Below, piece after piece: positions 17,840 through 25,713 of a stretch of 64,000 nt of DNA. The stretch's first letter is position 1; each line of letters begins with the position of its first letter. The notes under the pieces are model-generated. The model made no database searches, was not told the DNA's origin, and saw only the letters and a list, made by a program, of their open reading frames with translations. The position numbers and the translations under genes were made by a program. The DNA is taken from positions 22,688 through 86,687 of the IMG/VR virus record IMGVR_UViG_3300031994_000058; one strand, given 5' to 3'. The stretch comes from a virus. Its lineage: Duplodnaviria > Caudoviricetes.

Positions 17840-18202
17840 TTATTCATAAAGTAAGGCGTCTAGTTCAGCCTTCTCTTCAGCTGTAAGACCTCCGTGAGTT
17901 TTTCTGTAATATAGATAGTTCAATCTATACGTATCATAGCAGTACTGAGCCGCGTCGTTTTGATGCTCCTGAATCCGGATCATCATTTGAAGAAGCCAGT
18001 CGTTGTATTCTCTACTTGACCCGCCAAGCAGAGAATTTACAAACGGCGAGCGTTTCTTCTCTTTGATAATTTGGTTTAGAGTATCCATTTCCGACATAAC
18101 CCAGTCTAATGCATATGATTCACATTGATCAACATACCTACACCAACGTTCGTTTACCTCTTCTACAGTCTTTGCCAGCTTATAGCTTTCCTTATTCAGC
18201 AT
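17840..18202 (-). CDS. Hypothetical protein in cassette
   Basis: Promoter 18215-18241; terminator 17814-17832. Confidence 0.7.
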   Translation of the reverse strand: MLNKESYKLAKTVEEVNERWCRYVDQCESYALDWVMSEMDTLNQIIKEKKRSPFVNSLLGGSSREYNDWLLQMMIRIQEHQNDAAQYCYDTYRLNYLYYRKTHGGLTAEEKAELDALLYE

Positions 18203-18287
18203 AAGACCACCTCCTTATTAAAGCGGGTGTTTAAAATGCGAAAAATTGAGAAGCCCTGTATAAAACACGAGCTTCTCGTCAGTTTTG

Positions 18288-18536
18288 TTAGTCGTCGGAT
18301 TCTTCAGATTCTTCCCAGCCGTACAAATCGCCGATATGTCTCCACTCGGCTTCAAAAGTGGCGTCCATCTTGTCCATGAGGCCTCTGGCCACGTTAAGGC
18401 TCACCTTATCCTGCGCCCAATTCGGCAGGAAGGCGCGTCCATATAACTCTGTAGCCGTCTTCTCGTAGGCCTTGATCAACGCGTCCTCTCGAAGCTTTCG
18501 GAGATCGTTCGCCGTCTTAAATTCTTCCACTTTCAT
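18288..18536 (-). CDS. Hypothetical protein in cassette
   Basis: Promoter 18573-18599; terminator 18248-18277. Confidence 0.7.
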   Translation of the reverse strand: MKVEEFKTANDLRKLREDALIKAYEKTATELYGRAFLPNWAQDKVSLNVARGLMDKMDATFEAEWRHIGDLYGWEESEESDD

Positions 18537-18617
18537 AGTTATACCTCCTTTAAATCTTTGAGACTAACATCTCTATAATAGACATTGTCTAGTTTGCGAG
18601 AAAAAGAATGGCCCTGT

Positions 18618-18845
18618 TTAAGAGCCCTTACTGAATGGTGGTAGCGTTAAATCAAATCCTCGAATAGACCCCTCAAAGGTCGACGTATAAGGAATACCAA
18701 GATGCTCTGAAATAAAACTCCAAAATTCGTTTCCCGATATCCAACGCCGGTTCTTAAATTCTGGTATGTTATTCCAAGATCCAATTCTTATTAATTTTTC
18801 CTTATTAGTCGATTTCTTTACGTGACATTTGATATACTTTTTCAT
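18618..18845 (-). CDS. Hypothetical protein in cassette
   Basis: Promoter 18858-18884; terminator 18610-18627. Confidence 0.65.
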   Translation of the reverse strand: MKKYIKCHVKKSTNKEKLIRIGSWNNIPEFKNRRWISGNEFWSFISEHLGIPYTSTFEGSIRGFDLTLPPFSKGS

Positions 18846-18939
18846 AAAGCCACCTCCTTATTAAAGTCAATGTTTGAAATGCGAGAAAAAATTTAGGAGC
18901 CATGTATAAAACACGACTCCCATTTTGAAACCTCCTTAA

Positions 18940-19290
18940 TCAGTCCTTAGACTTTAAGAAATCCTTAATTCCGACAGCAGCTGTCTTGAACCACTTCGGA
19001 ACCACGTGCTCCTCGTCATACACGAGAAGCAGCAATGTCGATCCTAAAGACCCCGCAAGGGTCAGACCACCCGCGATAAGCGTGTTCGGATCTACCTTCT
19101 TACGCTGTGGCTGAGTTTCAGCAACCGCTGCTCTCTGTTCAGCCAATCTTGTAAGATTGCAGACCGCCGCATTGTATTCGGCCGAATCTGATCCGTGTGT
19201 CTCCAGAATCTTCGCTGCCTCCTCCTGTGCCTGCACGATCAGTTCATCCAGTGCCTCAAGCGCTGTCTTTTTCTTAGTCTTCTTAGCCAT
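18940..19290 (-). CDS. Membrane-associated hypothetical protein in cassette
   Basis: Start MAKK; promoter 19314-19340; terminator 18896-18920. Confidence 0.7.
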   Translation of the reverse strand: MAKKTKKKTALEALDELIVQAQEEAAKILETHGSDSAEYNAAVCNLTRLAEQRAAVAETQPQRKKVDPNTLIAGGLTLAGSLGSTLLLLVYDEEHVVPKWFKTAAVGIKDFLKSKD

Positions 19291-19377
19291 ATAGACCAAC
19301 TCCTTTCAAGTTTCTATAATAGTCCGTGTTTCGTTTGCGAGTCGTGTCTGAAATCAGACCTTTGCAAAAGTATCTGA

Positions 19378-21882
19378 TTACGCCGTACCAGTCCAGTTGA
19401 TTGTAAAGTTCGTAGCTCCCCATCCATTTGCATATCCTGAAATAGCGTTCTCTTTGCGATTGATGTTAAACGTTATACCATCGCAGCCCGCAAACGCGGA
19501 AGAGTTAATAGTCGTCATCGTATTCGGAAGATTAACAGTTACCAAACTTGTACAATTCAGAAATGCGTTGGCGTTAATAGTTCTTAGCACAGGATTAGAT
19601 TCAGAAGAAGGCGTAAAGGTTGTCATATTACTGCATCCTTCAAAAGCGTTCGCGTTGATCGTTGTTACCTTAGGCGGTAATATAAAATTGACAAATCCGA
19701 CACAACCTCTAAAGCAACCGGTGCCGATAGACGTCCATAATGGTGCCGTTATAGAGGTAAGACTTGCGCAACCGTCAAACATATAAGACGAACCACTCGT
19801 TTGTTTAGAAATAGTTGCCGATTGCAAGGCTGCGCAATTCTCAAACGTACTAGCGCCAATGGACGTCGGCATAGAAAGTGTTATCGATGTAAGACTAGTG
19901 CAACCGCTAAAGCACTTCTCTCCAACAGTATAAGTTTTTGCGTTTTCAGTAAACGTCGTCAAACCGGTGCATCCAGCGAATGCTTGGATGCCTACTGCCG
20001 TTACCGCGGTTGGTAAAGTGAAAGACGTTAAAGAAACACAATCCTTGAACGCCGTTTTAGCGATAGTCTTTATAGTAGATTGAAGTTCGATTGACGTAAG
20101 CGCCGAGCATCCCTCAAAGCAAGACTCGCCAATAGTTGTGTATTTTTCACCAATGACTGTTGTAGATGGATTCTCAGTGTTAATCGTAACTGTTTGAAGA
20201 CCGGTACAATGATAAAATCCTAATTTTGGCATAGTTGTGCAATTTCGAGGAAGCATGATGCTAGTTAAACTGGTACAATTTTGGCACATTCCCTCGCCCA
20301 ACGACGTCACTGTTTTAGCGATTGGTAAATCTTCAAGAGCCGTGCAACCAGAGAAAACATAATCACCTATAGTGGTTAGTTTAACTGTTTGTCCATCTGG
20401 AATAACATATTCGAACTTCTCCATGGCAGAGCATCCCTGAAAAACTGAATCGCCAATCGACGTGACTGTATAAGGAATACGTACCGCATCACCTTGAGAT
20501 ACTACAGCATCTATATCGGGGTAGCTGATGTTTTTTAGTTTAGTGCAGTTCTTAAACGTTTCATTGAGAATAGAGGTTATTAATGATGAATAAGTAACGC
20601 TGGTGTTACTGTAATCGACCATTGATACACTAGTCAAATTAATACATCCGTCAAATACACTAGCCTCCAATCGTTTGGTAGATCCAGTACCGCCAACGAT
20701 TGTAATATGATCCAACGCCGTACACCCATAGAATGCGTGATCGCTTGGATATATTACCTTACCAGTTTCAAACGCAATGAGCGATTCACAATTATAGAAA
20801 CCGGCCTGACCAACGACAGTGGGATTTTCTGTAAGAGTTATATCAGTGAGTTTTGAACACCCGCTAAACATATATGCTGACACATTGCCAACAGGAACCG
20901 CATCCGTGTTAAACTTAGGCATTTTAGCTTCGACCAAATTCTCACATCCCATAAACATTGAGTTGTAGTCAGTTGTTTTGGTACTTGCTAATTGTATATC
21001 GTTATTTGCAGGTTCAAGATTCGTTAAATCGACATACGTCAAAGATGTGCAATTTTTAAAAGACGTTGGATAAATGGATATAACGCCCTCAGGGATGACG
21101 AGTCGAGTAATTGCACAATTCTCAAAAGCGTTATTTCCGATCACATAGATAGACGATGTTATGATATTGCTGACATCGGTAAGGCCTGTACCTTTAAACA
21201 TATTGTCAGAAATGAACCACAAATTTTCCGGCATGTCGACCGTCGTTAATGATTCGCAACCCTCAAACATCGACTCATAGTGCTCCTGTGCATATTCGGC
21301 GGGCCACGTAGAGCTAGCTCCGGAGGTTCTCTCCTGATTTATCTCAGTGACTGTTTTAATGTTTACAGTAGTCGGCAGATCGATCTCAGTAATTGATTTG
21401 CAACCTTTGAAACAGTGTTTTCCGAATGTAATTTTATTGTCCGGAATCTCGATCTCAAGAAGACTTTCACAATTTAAGAAGGCATCATCCTGGATTTCCA
21501 TCGTGCCTTCAGGAATAACTACCGACTCGATAGAAGTAATGCCCTTGAACGCTTCACTGCCGATTACTGTACATTCGGTGGGAATAATCGCACTAATAGT
21601 GTTCGTGCTAAGTCTAAAAGTGGTTGGGTCACTAAGAAATATCGCACCGCTACTGCTTCCGCCTTCTTGTTGAGAAAGCTTGTAAAGAGCGTCGTGAATA
21701 GCCATGCGGATGTCTTTTCCATACGTACTTTCACGAATAGTAGTCAGCTCACCTTTAATTGCCGATCCAGGATACATAAGTTTTACCAGCTTCTCTAAAG
21801 CCGAATCAACGTTATTTAGGACGTCTTCACCACCAGATTTAGACTTTATAGCCTCAAGCTGAGAACTAATATCAACTGCCAT
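19378..21882 (-). CDS. BspA-type (TpLRR/LRR_5) leucine-rich repeat protein, 834 aa
   Basis: Many repeats of the L..I.IP..V..IG..AF.GC..L type; N-terminal YGKDIRMAIHDAL; C-cap GWGA..FTINW. Confidence 0.92.
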   Translation of the reverse strand: MAVDISSQLEAIKSKSGGEDVLNNVDSALEKLVKLMYPGSAIKGELTTIRESTYGKDIRMAIHDALYKLSQQEGGSSSGAIFLSDPTTFRLSTNTISAIIPTECTVIGSEAFKGITSIESVVIPEGTMEIQDDAFLNCESLLEIEIPDNKITFGKHCFKGCKSITEIDLPTTVNIKTVTEINQERTSGASSTWPAEYAQEHYESMFEGCESLTTVDMPENLWFISDNMFKGTGLTDVSNIITSSIYVIGNNAFENCAITRLVIPEGVISIYPTSFKNCTSLTYVDLTNLEPANNDIQLASTKTTDYNSMFMGCENLVEAKMPKFNTDAVPVGNVSAYMFSGCSKLTDITLTENPTVVGQAGFYNCESLIAFETGKVIYPSDHAFYGCTALDHITIVGGTGSTKRLEASVFDGCINLTSVSMVDYSNTSVTYSSLITSILNETFKNCTKLKNISYPDIDAVVSQGDAVRIPYTVTSIGDSVFQGCSAMEKFEYVIPDGQTVKLTTIGDYVFSGCTALEDLPIAKTVTSLGEGMCQNCTSLTSIMLPRNCTTMPKLGFYHCTGLQTVTINTENPSTTVIGEKYTTIGESCFEGCSALTSIELQSTIKTIAKTAFKDCVSLTSFTLPTAVTAVGIQAFAGCTGLTTFTENAKTYTVGEKCFSGCTSLTSITLSMPTSIGASTFENCAALQSATISKQTSGSSYMFDGCASLTSITAPLWTSIGTGCFRGCVGFVNFILPPKVTTINANAFEGCSNMTTFTPSSESNPVLRTINANAFLNCTSLVTVNLPNTMTTINSSAFAGCDGITFNINRKENAISGYANGWGATNFTINWTGTA

Positions 21883-21902
21883 TTTGATTCATCTCCTTCT
21901 TA

Positions 21903-22679
21903 TTATGGATCCCACACGACGGTCGCAAATCTAGCGCCCCATGGAGCATAGGAAGAACCTACTACCTGGTCGGCAGACTTGTGAACTACAATCGTATTAA
22001 TATTAGTACAATTATAAAAAGCCTGCTGCTGTATTTCCAAAATAGACGATGGTATCTCTACAGTTCCGCGAATGTTAGAGCAGTTAGCAAAGCAACCGTC
22101 CATTAAAGTTTCAATACCATCTTCAAACGCGAGCTCTCGAATCATGGAATATTGCAAGCATCCGCCATATATAGTTTTTATATTACCAGGAATGGGACCA
22201 CCAATATCTTCGATATTACCATAGTTCCAAGAAGACGCCGCGTATACACCGGGCTTTATAGCATTTATACTTCTAGGAAAATTTACTTTTTTAAGTAACG
22301 GACAACCACTCATAAAGCTATTGCCCATATCGGTTATTGCATCACTAACATGACAGGCGAGTACGGTGCTAAATGAAGAATATAGGTTTGCAGTTAGAGC
22401 CACAGGTTCAATTTGTGATCCAAAATATAGCCCTAGTCTTTTGTACCAGGTCCATCTTCTGAGAGCGTTTGACACCTCTGAATGATCTGTAGATGCTAAT
22501 AAAACCTCAGTAGGTTCTAACGATCCGTTTAATATCGTGATACTTATTTTAGTCTCATCTATTAACACTGGAGGGTCTACCGGAGTGAATCTTTGCCATA
22601 AAAGCTCATTATCTTTGTAGATCTTCTTTAATGGTATCTGTCCATAATAGATGGATGAGTTATATATCGTCATTATCAA
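21903..22679 (-). CDS. BspA-type LRR protein with phage-fibre-like N-terminus
   Basis: IYYGQIPLKKIYKDNELLW; LRR units; C-cap APWGARFATVVW. Confidence 0.8.
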   Translation of the reverse strand: MIMTIYNSSIYYGQIPLKKIYKDNELLWQRFTPVDPPVLIDETKISITILNGSLEPTEVLLASTDHSEVSNALRRWTWYKRLGLYFGSQIEPVALTANLYSSFSTVLACHVSDAITDMGNSFMSGCPLLKKVNFPRSINAIKPGVYAASSWNYGNIEDIGGPIPGNIKTIYGGCLQYSMIRELAFEDGIETLMDGCFANCSNIRGTVEIPSSILEIQQQAFYNCTNINTIVVHKSADQVVGSSYAPWGARFATVVWDP

Positions 22680-24415
22680 TTACCTCCAAGCCATCTAATC
22701 TCGCAATCTTCTGGCAAATATGCTGTATAGGCTTTCGGCGTCCACGGATTTCCATTAGAATCAACTATACTTCCTTCTGTGCGATTTATATTTATTCTTT
22801 TTAAAGCCCTACAACCGGCGAACACTCTCGGATTGCTTGGATCATCAAAAATTTGTTCAACAGCATTACCTATAGTAACTGATTCTAGTGAACTACAACC
22901 ATTAAAAGCCCCACCGCCAATATATGTCGGGCCATTGGGTATACTGATCGTTTTTAAACTTCTGCAAGATTCGAAAGCCGCTGCTCCGATACTAGCTACG
23001 CTGCTAGGAATGGATACCGATTCTAATGCAATACAATGTCCGCATACATAGTTGCTAATATCAGTGAGGTGTGGAGGAAAGGCCAGAGAAGTAAGTGATT
23101 GACAATTATAAAACGCAAACGCCTCTATTGACGTTAGAGACTCCGGAAGAACCAAATTATCTAAAAGCGTACATCCCCAAAATGCATGATCTTTGATGGT
23201 TATTAGATTATCAGACAAGCTGATGGCAGTCATACTTTCACAAGACTCAAACGCTTTTGTTCCGATCGTTTGTACAGAGTTAGGTATGCTTATATAAGGC
23301 AATGATGTACACTCGGCGAACGCTCTCGCTCCTATATCTTTAAATGCTGGTTCATCCTGCAACACCACAGTTGTTAAGGCATAACAATTGTCGAAGCATG
23401 CTTCTGGTATTGAAATCTGATTACCGGGATGAAATACAACGGTTTTTAAATTAGAACACATCATGAACGATCCTATGCCCAAATATGATATACTCGCGAG
23501 CTCTATTCGCTCCAAGGAATAACAATCTCTGAATGTCTCGTTCCCTATATGGGTCACATTTGACAAGTCGATATCTTTAAGCGCCATGCAATATGCAAAA
23601 GCGTTATTGTTTAGATAATATGCATTGTTCAAATCGACAGTAGTTAATCCCTCACATCTATAAAAAGCATTGGACTCTACATCGGTTATTGAATCCGTAA
23701 ATACAACATCATCAAGAAGCCTGTCATATTCGAACATATTATACGTTACTCGTGTCATCGATTCTCCGAATGTAACATTAGTCAGGTATTCGTTCCAGCT
23801 ATATTCGTGTCCCCTAGTTGATGAGTGAATATATCGATTCGGTATTACCACTTCGCTAAGTTTTGTATTATGAAACGCGGATCTCTCTATGAATAATCCG
23901 ATATCAGACTCCGTATACGTAACATATCGAAGTGTACTTCCAGTAAATGCATATTCGCGAATAGCTGTAATTGTACCAGGAACATGAAATGCAAGAATGT
24001 TTTTGCAGGTTTGAAATGTTCTATTAGGAACTTCGGTCACTCCACACTCTTCACCAATCCAAATTCGATACATAATGTTTGGATCATTCTCGTAATACTC
24101 ATCGAGCTTGGCACGGGCTTCGGCGAGCGTCTTACAATAGAAAACATCATCGGTATCCGCATCACCATCCAACATGATTACCGAAATCCAATAATCTTTC
24201 CACACCGGTTCTGTGGGATCATATATACAATATGCAACGTTTTGCTCCTTTACTTCTAAAGCATCATACTCCTCTTGCGTTACAAGTTTTTTCGTGGTTG
24301 CTCGAAGTCCATGGTTGTAAAGAATCCAAAGAGCATCTGAAATAGGTCCTCGAATATCTTTACCATACGTACCTTTGCGAATTTCCCGTCCTTGTCCCTC
24401 TATATATACTGCCAT
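22676..24415 (-). CDS. BspA-type LRR protein, 579 aa
   Basis: YGKDIRGPISDAL, TQEEYDALEVKEQNVAYCI, then about 15 LRR units. Confidence 0.92.
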   Translation of the reverse strand: MAVYIEGQGREIRKGTYGKDIRGPISDALWILYNHGLRATTKKLVTQEEYDALEVKEQNVAYCIYDPTEPVWKDYWISVIMLDGDADTDDVFYCKTLAEARAKLDEYYENDPNIMYRIWIGEECGVTEVPNRTFQTCKNILAFHVPGTITAIREYAFTGSTLRYVTYTESDIGLFIERSAFHNTKLSEVVIPNRYIHSSTRGHEYSWNEYLTNVTFGESMTRVTYNMFEYDRLLDDVVFTDSITDVESNAFYRCEGLTTVDLNNAYYLNNNAFAYCMALKDIDLSNVTHIGNETFRDCYSLERIELASISYLGIGSFMMCSNLKTVVFHPGNQISIPEACFDNCYALTTVVLQDEPAFKDIGARAFAECTSLPYISIPNSVQTIGTKAFESCESMTAISLSDNLITIKDHAFWGCTLLDNLVLPESLTSIEAFAFYNCQSLTSLAFPPHLTDISNYVCGHCIALESVSIPSSVASIGAAAFESCRSLKTISIPNGPTYIGGGAFNGCSSLESVTIGNAVEQIFDDPSNPRVFAGCRALKRININRTEGSIVDSNGNPWTPKAYTAYLPEDCEIRWLGGN

Positions 24416-24434
24416 TTTGAATTTTCACCTCCGA

Positions 24435-25253
24435 TTATCTAAGCCACACAATCTCGGCATCTGGTGCTCCCCACGGTGCCAAATCGATAGAATCCGCTTC
24501 CTTATCGATAACAATGACTTTAAGAGCATCACATCTCTGAAAAGCGTTTTGCCCGATGGCGGTTACTGAATTCGGGATCTCAATACGCTCAAGTCTATTG
24601 CAATGAACAAATGCTCCGCCGCCAATATAAAGCAAACCGTCGTTTAACCGTATTGACTCCAGTGTGGACAGCCCCTGAAAAGCACCATTATCGATGTAAC
24701 GAAGTAGCGGATGACATATGAATTCTTTTATCGCTACATCATCGTTGAATAAACCAAAGGAAATGGTGTCCTCCGTGATCCCATCGAATGCACGAATGTA
24801 ATATTGAATGTTTGTCGGTACACCCTCGTCCTCACTATAGGCTTCTTTAAGATATCGACTGAGAGCTGCGAGATTCTGGAATTTATATGCATTTCCAGTC
24901 CGTACTCCGGTATCATTATTGTACTCTATCGCCACGACGGAATCCGGTTCTACAATACCATACAAAGTATATGGATCTGGAGCAGGAAGCCCATCATAGG
25001 CCTCCTGTGTCTCCTCAATAATCTCCAGATTTGGATCCATGACAGACTCTGCCATCTTCAGGAGTGCATCATGGATCGCCATACGAAGCTTTCGACCTTC
25101 GGGAGAAGTGGCAATTATAGACAGCTCCTCATGAATGTTTGCTTTGACGTACATTGTAGTGTTAAGAATCCTCATAGCTTCAATGATCGCTGCTGATACT
25201 GGTTCGCCAAGAGCCTGATTGTCAACAACGTCGAGCTCATCTACAAATGCCAT
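24435..25253 (-). CDS. BspA-type LRR protein, 272 aa
   Basis: GRKLRMAIHDAL, TQEAYDGLPAPDPYTLYGI, LRR units, C-cap APWGAPDAEIVW. Confidence 0.88.
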   Translation of the reverse strand: MAFVDELDVVDNQALGEPVSAAIIEAMRILNTTMYVKANIHEELSIIATSPEGRKLRMAIHDALLKMAESVMDPNLEIIEETQEAYDGLPAPDPYTLYGIVEPDSVVAIEYNNDTGVRTGNAYKFQNLAALSRYLKEAYSEDEGVPTNIQYYIRAFDGITEDTISFGLFNDDVAIKEFICHPLLRYIDNGAFQGLSTLESIRLNDGLLYIGGGAFVHCNRLERIEIPNSVTAIGQNAFQRCDALKVIVIDKEADSIDLAPWGAPDAEIVWLR

Positions 25254-25275
25254 TATATAGCCCCTCCCTAATAAA

Positions 25276-25539
25276 TTAAACAGTATGCTTAACTCTATCT
25301 GCTTCTTCGGCTCTTTTGCCGTCGTTCCATCGACTCATATCACCTACAAGATAGCCGGTGATGCGACGAATGCGCTCGAACGGAATATCCTTGAGCGTCC
25401 ATTCAAGATCAACGTACTCGCCGTCAACCTTGATAGTAACGCTCTCAAGTTCTCTCTTGCCGACCTTCTCCTTGACATAGTCGACGTAAATCTTCTTTTC
25501 ATCAGGGTGAATAGCTTCACCAATAACTTTTACTTCCAT
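25276..25539 (-). CDS. Stand-alone class III ribonucleotide reductase (NrdD) C-terminal glycyl-radical-motif protein, 87 aa
   Basis: PFERIRRITGYLVG...WNDGKRAEEADRVKH; far too short to be a full NrdD. Confidence 0.8.
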   Translation of the reverse strand: MEVKVIGEAIHPDEKKIYVDYVKEKVGKRELESVTIKVDGEYVDLEWTLKDIPFERIRRITGYLVGDMSRWNDGKRAEEADRVKHTV

Positions 25540-25568
25540 TTTGAAGTCCTCCTTAGAATTTAGGTTGC

Positions 25569-25698
25569 TTATTTATATCCATAGAATTCCCATGGGGTTC
25601 CATCAAAAAATACTGGATGGTATGGTGATGGCATTAGCGATATCAGTTTTGGCTGTAATGAGCCTGGAAAGGTTTTCTGCTATTGTGTGTTCAGGCAT
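25569..25698 (-). pseudogene. Internally deleted remnant of a fibre/adhesin gene
   Basis: MPEHTIAENLSRLITAKTDIANAIT matches 24/25 aa of the 42900..44399 N-terminus; stop at 25603; another frame reads PVFFDGTPWEFYGYK* ending at 25569. Confidence 0.75.
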
Positions 25699-25713
25699 TT
25701 TTGTGACCTCCTT

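Larger units (their letters stand above)
4687..18920 (-). terminator. Recurrent intrinsic terminators in repeated sequence families
   Basis: Minus-strand hairpin plus U-tract. GGGCTCTTAAACAGGGCC at 6247, 17814, 18610; GAGGCGTAATGCCTC at 14538, 15296, 17067; GAGGG..TTTTACA..CCTC at 4687, 15654; GTGTTTTATACA-loop hairpins at 18248, 18896; also 16244, 16707. Confidence 0.8.
5239..19340 (-). promoter_or_regulatory. 15 copies of promoter-like motif TCGCA-N16-T(A/T)(A/G)T(A/G)(G/A)
   Basis: 27-bp sites with plus-strand starts 5239, 6562, 11192, 12334, 13315, 14862, 15563 (TCACA variant), 16186, 16666, 17017, 17398, 17754, 18215, 18573, 18858 and 19314 less the variant; invariant 16-nt spacer; each lies just upstream of an RBS or a structured RNA. 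Confidence 0.85.
11221..19368. repeat. 57-bp dispersed direct repeat with two internal palindromes (3 full copies, 1 deleted copy)
   Basis: CGTCACTCTCATAGAGAGGGGCGTGTAGTATCGTGTCTGGAATCAGACCTTTTGCGA-like at 11221-11277, 15592-15648, 17427-17483; partial at 19342-19368. Confidence 0.9.

Noticed and set aside
11221-19368. CRISPR array from the repeated intergenic sequences
   Set aside because: Repeats are hundreds to thousands of bp apart and separated by genes, not 30-40 bp spacers; no cas genes.
19378-25253. LRR genes as additional DGR targets
   Set aside because: No segment resembling the TR was found in them.
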